From: Gammaproteobacteria bacterium
GTDB taxonomy: Bacteria; Pseudomonadota; Gammaproteobacteria; Ga0077536
Assembly (NCBI GenBank): GCA_963662545.2
Contig: CAXXLL010000002.1
Coordinates: 960,001 to 1,024,000, forward strand
Reading direction: 5' to 3'
Length of the DNA: 64,000 nt
Below the pieces are notes generated by a model. It was not told the DNA's origin. It ran no database searches and worked only from the letters and a program-made list of their open reading frames with translations. The translations under genes and the position numbers were made by a program. Shown here piece by piece: positions 28,264-36,112 of the stretch. The first letter of the stretch is position 1. Every line of letters begins with the position of its first letter.

Positions 28264-28528
28264 AGACTCTCTTACCTTTTCTCCAATATCCGGCGCCAAA
28301 TATTCGGATTACGTTTCGGCGATAGGTGAACCTAACCGTCAAAATCCCTTCACCGGCCTCGCCGAAACAGTAATAACGCTCTTCGGTTTCGCTGCTATGC
28401 GCTAAATCCTTGGCGATGACTCGTTTCGGATCGGCGAATGCGTATTGAGCTTCGGCAAAGAAAATACGGTGTTTCGCTTGATTCTCGGCGTCCTTTTCCG
28501 AGTCCCACTCAAAGCTTTCCTTGCTCAT
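28235..28528 (-). CDS. brnT: BrnT-family toxin
   Basis: FEWDSEK...N..KH.I.F..A...F.DP...EER...ILTVRFTYR...IRI. Confidence 0.9.
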   Translation of the reverse strand: MSKESFEWDSEKDAENQAKHRIFFAEAQYAFADPKRVIAKDLAHSSETEERYYCFGEAGEGILTVRFTYRRNVIRIFGAGYWRKGKRVYERENKVHR

Positions 28529-28534
28529 AGGGTA

Positions 28535-28566
28535 AGTATAGAACTGATATGGCTATATCGCCATAT
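28535..28566 (-). promoter_or_regulatory. TA cassette promoter and operator
   Basis: -10 TATACT 6 nt upstream of the ATG; inverted repeat ATATGGC-N6-GCCATAT. Confidence 0.6.
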
Positions 28567-28599
28567 GAATATGTGGCGCAGAGATGTCTGGTTTCAGCC

Positions 28600-28709
28600 C
28601 TCTAACGCTAGGATAACCTGCGCGTTACAGCGCGCTTCTTTGGAGCGAAAATGCGAAGCCGTTTCAAAGAAGCGCGCTGTAACACGTCAGGTTGATCCTT
28701 TTGTTAGGC
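28600..28709 (-). repeat. attC site
   Basis: 110 bp, CTCTAAC...GTTAGGC. Confidence 0.93.
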
Positions 28710-28719
28710 GGCGCGTACA

Positions 28720-29238
28720 TTAATCTTTTCGTGTGTCCAGAATAGGCATCATATCGATCAGCGAAGGTAGGTCTGGTTCTTCACGAAGATGCCTCTCCAA
28801 TTCGAGCCCAACTTCCTTATCTACTACTTGGATTACTTGAGGCCAGACTTTTCTTCCACCGGGGGTCCTTATAAAGGCTCCCACATATGCCAGCCATGTA
28901 GTGTAGTCCACCTCACTCAATAACCCTTGTTTATGCAAGCTTAGTACGTTCTGTAGTTGTACGACATGCTCTATGAGTAGAAATGTAAATCGTGTCTTTT
29001 CTATCCGATCGAGTTCATCGAAGGATGACAGTCCGCGAGCGTGTACATCAGCCACTTCGCTATTTGTTATCGTAGGATTAACGATACGGTCTCGCGCCCC
29101 GTCCAGCATATTTTGTACCGAAGCCGCTTGAGTAGCACGAGTATTTCCCCGTACTTGAATGGCCAGATACACAACGGATATGACGACTGCTACAGCACTG
29201 ATAATTTCGCCAATTGCCGCCGCTGAATCCAAATTCAT
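28720..29238 (-). CDS. Uncharacterised cassette protein, family X
   Basis: N-terminal TM helix AAIGEIISAVAVVISVVYLAIQVR; EKTRF; TPGGRKVW. Confidence 0.8.
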   Translation of the reverse strand: MNLDSAAAIGEIISAVAVVISVVYLAIQVRGNTRATQAASVQNMLDGARDRIVNPTITNSEVADVHARGLSSFDELDRIEKTRFTFLLIEHVVQLQNVLSLHKQGLLSEVDYTTWLAYVGAFIRTPGGRKVWPQVIQVVDKEVGLELERHLREEPDLPSLIDMMPILDTRKD

Positions 29239-29256
29239 TCCGTGTCTTCCCGTGCC

Positions 29257-29366
29257 GCCTAACGCCAGGATAACCTGCGTGTTACAGCGCGCTTCTTTCG
29301 GGCGAAAATGCGTAGCCGACCTAAAGAAGCGCGCTGTAACACGTCAGGTTGATCCGTTTGTTAGGT
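29257..29366 (-). repeat. attC site
   Basis: 110 bp, GCCTAAC...GTTAGGT. Confidence 0.93.
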
Positions 29367-29375
29367 GAATGTTGC

Positions 29376-30697
29376 GGTACGGACCGGGTAGATAGGTAAC
29401 ATTATAGTCAAGGTACATGGGTGACAGATCAATGGTATTAGGTTCCTCAAAGGAGGAGTCCGATGCCCTGGAGAGAAACGTCACCAATGAACGAAAAAAC
29501 GCAATTCATCGCAGACTATCTGCGCGACCTGTTGACAGTTACCGAGCTGTGCGAACATTACGGCATCAGTCGCAAGACTGGCTACAAATGGATTGATCGG
29601 TATCTAAGCGAAGGTCCGGCGGGTTTAGAGGAACGCACACGGCGGCCTAGAACTTGCCCGCATAAAACGCCGGCGCGGCTCGAGCGCCTGATCATCGATG
29701 CGCGACAACGTCATCCGACTTGGGGCGCTCGTAAATTGCGGACGTTTCTATCGCGGAAGCACCCGCGAGAGCCGTGGCCAACACGGACAACCATTCATGA
29801 CATCCTAATCCGTGAAGGATTCATCCGGACACCGCGGCGCTCACGCAAACTCGGGCATCCGGGAAAACCTGAAACCCGAATGAATGCACCCAACCAAACC
29901 TGGGGCGCCGACTTCAAAGGGCATTTCAAGACCGAAGACGGGCGGTATTGTTACCCGTTGACCGTCACCGATGGCTTTAGTCGATACCTCATCGGATGCC
30001 AGTCATTACTCACGACCGCCGTTGAACCATCGAAGGCGGTGTTCACCCGCTTATTCAAAGAATACGGACTGCCAGAACGCATCCGTACCGACAACGGCGT
30101 CCCCTTCGCGACGAACACGCTCGGTCGATTATCAACGCTGTCTGCCTGGTGGATCAGGCTTGGTATTTATCCCGAGCTCATCGAACCCGGAAAGCCTCAA
30201 CAAAATGGCCGACACGAACGGATGCACCGAACCTTAAAGGCGGAGACGACTCGACCTCCGGCCGGGGACTATCGCGCGCAACAGAAACGATTTAATCGGT
30301 TCCAGATTGAATTCAATGAAGAACGCCCTCATGAAGCGCTCGACATGTTCACACCTGCCGACTTCTACGAATTTTCTGCCAAAGAAATGCCTAGCAAAAT
30401 CCCGCCGCTCGAATATCCTGACCGTTTCATCAAGCGCTTCGTCAGTGCCAACGGTGGCATCCGATGGCATTCCACCCATGTGCCTGTCTCAATCGCGTGT
30501 GCCGGTGAGTACATAGGATTAGAGGAAATCGACTGTGGTGTTTGGAACGTCTATTTCGGAACGCTTAAGCTCGGCCGAATGATTGAAAAATACAATCGGA
30601 TCGAAGATGCTTACGGCCGACTAAAACGACATTATCGATAACAAAAGTGTTACCCATCTACCTTGGCACTTTTGTTACCTTTCTCCCGGTCCGCTCA
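29376..30697 (+). mobile_element. IS481-family insertion sequence
   Basis: IRs CGGACCGGG(T)AGA.AGGTAACA with internal repeats; no TSD seen. Confidence 0.87.
29463..30641 (+). CDS. IS481-family transposase
   Basis: MPWRE start, SRKTGYKW, WGADFKG, TDNGVPF and QNGRHERMHRTLK. Confidence 0.93.
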   Translation: MPWRETSPMNEKTQFIADYLRDLLTVTELCEHYGISRKTGYKWIDRYLSEGPAGLEERTRRPRTCPHKTPARLERLIIDARQRHPTWGARKLRTFLSRKHPREPWPTRTTIHDILIREGFIRTPRRSRKLGHPGKPETRMNAPNQTWGADFKGHFKTEDGRYCYPLTVTDGFSRYLIGCQSLLTTAVEPSKAVFTRLFKEYGLPERIRTDNGVPFATNTLGRLSTLSAWWIRLGIYPELIEPGKPQQNGRHERMHRTLKAETTRPPAGDYRAQQKRFNRFQIEFNEERPHEALDMFTPADFYEFSAKEMPSKIPPLEYPDRFIKRFVSANGGIRWHSTHVPVSIACAGEYIGLEEIDCGVWNVYFGTLKLGRMIEKYNRIEDAYGRLKRHYR

Positions 30698-30926
30698 TTT
30701 GCATCCGGTTCGCATAGTCACGACCAGATGTTGGTGGGGGTAGCGGCTTACCATCCTGTTCGTAGAGTTCAATAGCTTCCTCTACGATTCGACACAATTC
30801 TTCAAAGACTTCTTTTTCGTTTGCTCCGTGACAACCGCCCAACACAAGTCCAGGGGCACTGCCGACATAACACTCGTCTTCGTCAGACCACTCAACAATT
30901 TTCGCGTAACGAGCACTTCCTTTCAT
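30675..30926 (-). CDS. hicB: HicB-like antitoxin (C-terminal residues replaced by IS481 sequence)
   Basis: VEWSDEDECYVG..PGL..GGCHG...GKPLPPP; the tail SGPGER comes from the IS end. Confidence 0.82.
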   Translation of the reverse strand: MKGSARYAKIVEWSDEDECYVGSAPGLVLGGCHGANEKEVFEELCRIVEEAIELYEQDGKPLPPPTSGRDYANRMQMSGPGER

Positions 30927-31120
30927 TTCTTTATCTCCGCGAGCACCTTTTGGACTGCTCGAATCTGATATTCTTTTGCGTCGTCTCCAAGTTTGCCCGA
31001 AATCGTTATGGGATTCGATATATTCGGATGCACAAAGTTTCGATGACTTCCCTTTCCGCCTCGATTCTTAAAGCCTCCGCGCTCCAAGTCGGCAATTAGC
31101 TCTCGGATCTTGGGAGGCAT
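30923..31120 (-). CDS. hicA: HicA toxin
   Basis: LERGGF....GKGSHRNFVHP.....TISG..GDDAK.YQ. Confidence 0.88.
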   Translation of the reverse strand: MPPKIRELIADLERGGFKNRGGKGSHRNFVHPNISNPITISGKLGDDAKEYQIRAVQKVLAEIKK

Positions 31121-31130
31121 TCTGTGTGGC

Positions 31131-31240
31131 GCCTAACGCTAGGATAACCTGCGTGTTACAGCGCGCTTATTTGGAGCGAAAATGCGAAGCCGGTTCAAAG
31201 AAGCGCGCTGTAACACGTCCGGTTGATCCATTGGTTAGGT
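31131..31240 (-). repeat. attC site
   Basis: 110 bp, family consensus. Confidence 0.93.
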
Positions 31241-31699
31241 GGCTGTTTTCTCAAGGTGTTGGTCAACAAATTGCGTAAAGGCATCGCTGAATCTCCATTT
31301 CTGTGCCGACCACCACTTCCGTGCGCCAATGCCTTCGTACGTCTTTAGCGCGCTTTCACGGTAGCCCTCCCATTCTTGACGGGGAAACTTGCCGCTCGAA
31401 GCGGTATAAAACATATATTGAACGGATCGCGACCATGCCCACATGGCGATGTTGAATCTCGCGCGCTCTGCTTCGCTCAATTCCTCATCCGCGATACCCC
31501 TTTCCCACAGTAGCGGAAGATCTGGCTCCGCCATTAAAGAGCAGAGAAAATCTCTCGAAAGCTGTATAGAAAACGAGAAATTCGCGTCGTTCTGCGCGGC
31601 CGTGTTTCGCCTTAGTTCTACGACGAGATATAGGAGGGAAATAACGACGCAGATTACGCCGGCCCCTTCTACCAATACGCCGATGGCTTCCCAATTCAT
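31235..31699 (-). CDS. Uncharacterised cassette protein, family X
   Basis: MNWEAIG..VE.AGV..VVISLLYL..ELRRNT; ERARF; GARKWW. Confidence 0.8.
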   Translation of the reverse strand: MNWEAIGVLVEGAGVICVVISLLYLVVELRRNTAAQNDANFSFSIQLSRDFLCSLMAEPDLPLLWERGIADEELSEAERARFNIAMWAWSRSVQYMFYTASSGKFPRQEWEGYRESALKTYEGIGARKWWSAQKWRFSDAFTQFVDQHLEKTAT

Positions 31700-31714
31700 C
31701 GATTTACTCTGGCC

Positions 31715-31824
31715 ACCTAACGCCAGGATAACCTGCGTGTTACAGCGCGCTTTTTTTGGGCGAAAATGCGGAGCCGACCTAAAGAAGCGCGCTGTAGCAC
31801 GTCAGTTTGATCCGTTTGTTAGGT
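31715..31824 (-). repeat. attC site
   Basis: 110 bp, family consensus. Confidence 0.92.
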
Positions 31825-32115
31825 TGCGGGTTCATTTCGACGCCGATAACTTGTTTCTGGTTTGATTTCGTCAAGAAGGATACCAGAGCGAAACCTCCTT
31901 ACAATCGAATAAGATTTCGGCTTTTTAGGGGCACGAATTGCCTCGCGATCCGAAGACACCATAGCGGCAGTGAATTCCCCCGACTACCTTCCCGGTAGTC
32001 TCGTCGTATTGAACTTAGCACCATAAAATTGCGGCGTGGACCGGAGCCGAATTCATTGGCCTTTTGCCATACTGCGGCGCTTCCGGTGGCCTGTTCGCAA
32101 TGATTTTCTTTCGCA
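31825..32115 (-). other. ORF-less gene cassette (~290 bp)
   Basis: Bounded by two intact attCs with matching ends GTTAGGTTGCG / CGCAACCTAAC; no credible ORF. Confidence 0.75.
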
Positions 32116-32225
32116 ACCTAACGCTAGGATAACCGGCGTGTTACAGCCAGCTCATTTGGGGCGAAAATGCGAAGCCGCCCCAAATGAGCTGGCTGTAACA
32201 CGTCCGGTTGATCCATTTGTTAGGC
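32116..32225 (-). repeat. attC site
   Basis: 110 bp, family consensus. Confidence 0.93.
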
Positions 32226-32267
32226 GGCAGTTTTTCGAACCAATTTCGACCTCTACTTTCATTCCGG

Positions 32268-32783
32268 TTATTCACATCTAAGCCAGTCCAAATCTTCATT
32301 CGCTGGTGTTATATCCAGGTTCGTTTCGTTCAGGCGTCCTTCTATATGAATCGTAAGCGTTTCGGGCGGCAAGTGCTTCCAAGCTTCCCACCATTGACGC
32401 CCTCCAGGTGAAAGCACGAAAGATAAGTACAGACTCTCACTTTTTCTGAAAAGCGCCTCATCTTGGAGCATGCCGCTTTTGTACAGCGTCCAAACTTGAT
32501 AATAGCCGTTCGTAAGCAACTGCATTTTGGAATGAAACACTGCTTTCCCGTTTCGATCTAGTTCGCCGAATCGGCTTAGCCCTTCTCTAAAATTCTCGGC
32601 AGCTTTTTCGTCAGACGTCATAGCAGCATAGGCATCTACGAACTCCTTCACAGCCTCTTTCAACGCCTGCGCCGACTGTTGCCGGTTGTTTTGCCTGATC
32701 TGTACTGACAGATAGCCAAGAGTCGCGACTACAGCTACGACACCAATAATTTCCGCAATAGCGCCGACAGCTTCCCAGTTCAT
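32268..32783 (-). CDS. Uncharacterised cassette protein, family X
   Basis: MNWEAVGAIAEIIGVVAVVATLGYLSVQIRQN; SPGGRQWW. Confidence 0.8.
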   Translation of the reverse strand: MNWEAVGAIAEIIGVVAVVATLGYLSVQIRQNNRQQSAQALKEAVKEFVDAYAAMTSDEKAAENFREGLSRFGELDRNGKAVFHSKMQLLTNGYYQVWTLYKSGMLQDEALFRKSESLYLSFVLSPGGRQWWEAWKHLPPETLTIHIEGRLNETNLDITPANEDLDWLRCE

Positions 32784-32800
32784 AAAAAGTTTCTACTGCC

Positions 32801-32911
32801 GCCTAACGCTAGGATAACCGACGTGTTGCAGCTGGTTTGTTTTCGACGAAAATGCGCAGCACGGCTAAAACAAGCCAGCTGCAACACGGCCGGTTGATCC
32901 ACTGGTTAGGC
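32801..32911 (-). repeat. attC site
   Basis: 111 bp, family consensus with compensatory changes. Confidence 0.92.
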
Positions 32912-33442
32912 GTCATTTTCCTTTGTCCAGTGTTGCGGTTGGTAAAACGGAACGGCCTCAATGATCGACGGCGCATCGGGACCGAGTTCGCTGAGTTTTT
33001 TGTCGAACAGCCCCACGAATCTTGGGTCATATACGGTTTTTACGACTTTCCACCACGAGCGAACGCCGGATGGGCTTAACATCATTATGGTCATCGCCTC
33101 ACGCGACGAATACGTGACATCGTCTATGGCTCCGCGATTCCACAACAGCCAGCAAGTTTCGCACCACCTGATGTAGGCGTGTAGGTATAGATGCGCCCTA
33201 GCTTGTTCTTGGGCGGACAATGATTCCCAATCGCTCGCGGCTCGGACAAAAACGCGTGTTAGTTCTTCATCATCGCGAAGATCTTGGACAAGATCTTTTT
33301 CGGTGTTGTTAATCTCGATAATCGCATCGCCATGCAACTGGTTCGTGTGTTGACGTATCTGGGTCGCTAGGTATAACAGTGTGACGACTGTTGCTACCGC
33401 TGCGAGGATTTCTCCAACGCTGCCGAGGTCTTGAATGGTCAT
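32906..33442 (-). CDS. Uncharacterised cassette protein, family X
   Basis: MTIQDLGSVGEILAAVATVVTLLYLATQIRQ; EQARA; PSGVRSWW. Confidence 0.8.
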   Translation of the reverse strand: MTIQDLGSVGEILAAVATVVTLLYLATQIRQHTNQLHGDAIIEINNTEKDLVQDLRDDEELTRVFVRAASDWESLSAQEQARAHLYLHAYIRWCETCWLLWNRGAIDDVTYSSREAMTIMMLSPSGVRSWWKVVKTVYDPRFVGLFDKKLSELGPDAPSIIEAVPFYQPQHWTKENDA

Positions 33443-33465
33443 AGGACGAATGTAATCGTAATGAC

Positions 33466-33575
33466 GCCTAACGCTAGGATAACCTGCGTGTTACAGCGTG
33501 CTTCTTTTTAGCGAAAATGCGAAGCTGCTGAAAAGAATCACGCTGTAACACGTCAGGTTGATCCATTTGTTAGGT
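33466..33575 (-). repeat. attC site
   Basis: 110 bp, family consensus. Confidence 0.93.
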
Positions 33576-33710
33576 GGCGGGGCGATTAACGAAGCCTGGG
33601 CCATATTTCTTTTGCATTTGACAGAGGTGGACCCCGGCGGTTGGACAGAGAACAGGAGCTGATAAGTGGAATCTTCTAGCTTAGGAATCTCGTGAGAGAA
33701 GGAGCAGAAG

Positions 33711-34001
33711 ATGACCCGAAGAAAGCGACGTAATCACGCATCGGCGTTCAAGGCCAAGGTCGCTCTGGCGGCGGTGAAGGGCGAACGCACACGGGCCGAG
33801 CTGGCCGAGCAGTTCGACGTTCATCCTAATCAGAGCCAGGACTGGAAGAAGCGCCTGGTGGAAGGCGCCGAGGACGTGTTTGGCGTGAACGCTGTGGAGG
33901 CCCAGCACAACGAAAAGGGGGTAGAGAAGCTCCACGCCAAGATCGGGCAGTTGGCGATGGAGAACGATTTTTTATCCACAGTGCTCGGGCGCGACCGATG
34001 A
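33711..34001 (+). CDS. IS3 transposase OrfA
   Basis: RRNHASAFKAKVALAA; KIGQLAMENDFL. Confidence 0.9.
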   Translation: MTRRKRRNHASAFKAKVALAAVKGERTRAELAEQFDVHPNQSQDWKKRLVEGAEDVFGVNAVEAQHNEKGVEKLHAKIGQLAMENDFLSTVLGRDR

Positions 34002-34843
34002 GCGAGCGCCGGCAACAAATTCACACAGCGCATAAGGTGCCCAGGACGCGGCGCTGCGAATTGCTCGAGGTGGCACGCTCGAGCGCGTACTACCGTCCCG
34101 AGCCGGTCAGCGAGACAGATCTGATGCTGATGCGGCTGATCGACGAGATCCACCTGCAGTGGCCGTTTTACGGCCGTCGGCGGATCCGCGACGAACTGGA
34201 AGATCGCGGCCATGTGGTCAACCGCAAGCGGGTCCAACGTCTGATGCGTCAGATGGATTTGAGGGCTTTGTATCCACGACGCCGAACGAGCCAGTCCGGG
34301 AAGGGACACAAGATCTACCCGTACCTGCTCAGGGATCTGGCTATCGAACGGCCGAACCAGGTCTGGGCGAGCGACATCTGCTACCTCCCGATGGCCAGAG
34401 GGTTCATGTACCTGGTGGCCATCATGGACTGGCATTCGCGCCGGGTGCTGTCGTGGCGCGTGTCGAACACGTTGGATACGGACTTCTGTATCGAGGCGCT
34501 GGAAGAGGCCCTGCAGCGTTTCGGCGCGCCGGAAATCTTCAACACCGATCAGGGGTCCCAGTTTACCTCCGAGGCGTTCACCGGCGTACTCAAAGACCAG
34601 GGCATCAAGATCAGCATGGATGGCAAGGGGCGCTGGGTGGACAACGTGTTCGTTGAACGGCTCTGGCGCAGCGTGAAATATGAGGACGTATACTTACGCG
34701 CCTATGCAACGCCAACCGAGCTTCGTGTCGGATTGGACCGGTACTTCAAGTTCTACAACACTAAGCGCCGTCACAGCGCGCTGGACCGACGCACCCCGGA
34801 TGCGGTGTACTTCGATTTGGCTGGCCGCACGTTGGCAGCCTGA
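33998..34843 (+). CDS. IS3 transposase OrfB
   Basis: WASDICY, NTDQGSQFTS and DNVFVERLWRSVKYE. Confidence 0.93.
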   Translation: MSERRQQIHTAHKVPRTRRCELLEVARSSAYYRPEPVSETDLMLMRLIDEIHLQWPFYGRRRIRDELEDRGHVVNRKRVQRLMRQMDLRALYPRRRTSQSGKGHKIYPYLLRDLAIERPNQVWASDICYLPMARGFMYLVAIMDWHSRRVLSWRVSNTLDTDFCIEALEEALQRFGAPEIFNTDQGSQFTSEAFTGVLKDQGIKISMDGKGRWVDNVFVERLWRSVKYEDVYLRAYATPTELRVGLDRYFKFYNTKRRHSALDRRTPDAVYFDLAGRTLAA

Positions 34844-34994
34844 AACCTAAGGAAGATTTCACTTACGGCACTGTCCAAGTTTCGGGGTCCATTTCTGACA
34901 GCGTGTTTAGTTGCACTTTACTTGGAAATCTAAGCAGCATATTGCACATCACACATCATTATCACAGTGAAAGTAGCAACTGTTGTAACTCTAT

Positions 34995-35408
34995 CTAAAG
35001 AACACACTTCAACAGGCCGCCAAATCCCCAGATGATTGTGCCACCGATTAGGATTGCCGCATAAACGCTAGCGACACGCTTTTCGCTACTTTCTTTCTGT
35101 CTAAGTACAAATCTCTTCGCATGTGCAACGGTTCCCGACGCCTCTTCTTCAATCTCGGCGTCGCTTGCCGCCATCTCGATACTGTCTTTTTTGGTTTCTA
35201 AATCAGATATAACTCCTTCGAATCCCTTTGCATAGAGTGTATTGATTTCTAGATATCCGAAAAATATTCCTACGCAAACAATTAGGGCTCCTGACCGTGA
35301 AAAGAAATCGGGCCAAAGCCAAATAAATTCGGCTATGAGTCCAAAAGCGGCAAAGATTATCGCCGCTCCAATCGCCAGTTTCTCTTCGCTATAGAATTTA
35401 GCGGTCAC
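34995..35408 (-). CDS. Hypothetical membrane protein (cassette)
   Basis: F.RSGAL motif, TM helices, C-terminal GTIIWGFG. Confidence 0.72.
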   Translation of the reverse strand: MTAKFYSEEKLAIGAAIIFAAFGLIAEFIWLWPDFFSRSGALIVCVGIFFGYLEINTLYAKGFEGVISDLETKKDSIEMAASDAEIEEEASGTVAHAKRFVLRQKESSEKRVASVYAAILIGGTIIWGFGGLLKCVL

Positions 35409-35439
35409 TGGTCACCCTTGGTCTGAAATATTTTATGCC

Positions 35440-35548
35440 ACCTAACGCTAGGATAACCGGCGTGTTACAGCTGGCTCATTTGGAGTGAAAATGCGCAGCC
35501 GCTTCAAATGAGCCAGCTGTAAACGTCCGGTTGATCCTTTTGTTAGGT
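35440..35548 (-). repeat. attC site
   Basis: 109 bp, family consensus with a 1-nt deletion. Confidence 0.92.
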
Positions 35549-35818
35549 TTTTTCATTTCCGTGCGCTTCCATATAAGTTCTAAGGACGGCGTTTATACGA
35601 GTTTGATACCCTTTCCCCTGATTCCGAAACCATTTAAGTACATCTGAGTCGAGTCGAACGGTGATGCTCGATTTCTTCGATGGCATTCGAAGCTCCGCGG
35701 ACTTAAAGAACTCTGGATCAAGCGGTGGGATATCTGACGTATCAATGTCGGTATCCGTCTGAGATTGGACTTCATCCCAATCGGTTTTTGATCGCTTTTT
35801 CGAAGGCTTTGCGCTCAT
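35543..35818 (-). CDS. brnA: BrnA antitoxin
   Basis: IDTSDIPPL...K.SITVRLDSDVLKWFR..GKGYQTRINAVLR. Confidence 0.92.
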   Translation of the reverse strand: MSAKPSKKRSKTDWDEVQSQTDTDIDTSDIPPLDPEFFKSAELRMPSKKSSITVRLDSDVLKWFRNQGKGYQTRINAVLRTYMEAHGNEKT

Positions 35819-36062
35819 GATTCAATGCTTTCCTCAACGAGATAATTCGGATGATTTCTCCATCATTACGTTCCGTAAATGCGACCACTGCACATATCGA
35901 TTCGAGGAGCCCGATACCCAGCCATCTCGGTTCGCCATAGTCTTCACGGCTATCGAGTAGGCTAAGTACTGGACCTTCGAATAGGGTGACAGCGTCGCGG
36001 AAATCGAGGCCGTGTTTGCGAAGATTTTCCTTTCTCTTCGATTCGTCCCACTCGAATTCCAT
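35772..36062 (-). CDS. brnT: BrnT toxin
   Basis: MEFEWDESK...N..KHGLDF..A...F....DYGEPR...IRIISLRKA. Confidence 0.92.
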   Translation of the reverse strand: MEFEWDESKRKENLRKHGLDFRDAVTLFEGPVLSLLDSREDYGEPRWLGIGLLESICAVVAFTERNDGEIIRIISLRKALNHERKAFEKAIKNRLG

Positions 36063-36069
36063 CGAATGG

Positions 36070-36098
36070 AGTGTAGTTACATAACGTAACTACGTCAA
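36070..36098 (-). promoter_or_regulatory. sigma70 promoter with overlapping operator for brnTA
   Basis: TTGACG-17-TACACT; perfect inverted repeat GTAGTTAC-N5-GTAACTAC between the boxes. Confidence 0.75.
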
Positions 36099-36112
36099 TT
36101 AAGGTTTCGGAA

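Larger units (their letters stand above)
33623..34896 (+). mobile_element. IS3-family insertion sequence
   Basis: IRs AGAGGTGGACCCC..TTGGACAG / CTGTCCAA..GGGGTCCATTTCT flanked by GAC on both sides (ends could extend 4 bp further). Confidence 0.9.

Noticed and set aside
23668-35548. Regular ~110-bp repeats read as a CRISPR array
   Set aside because: The repeats are too long, have attC R/L box geometry, are separated by whole genes and sit beside intI; no cas genes are present.
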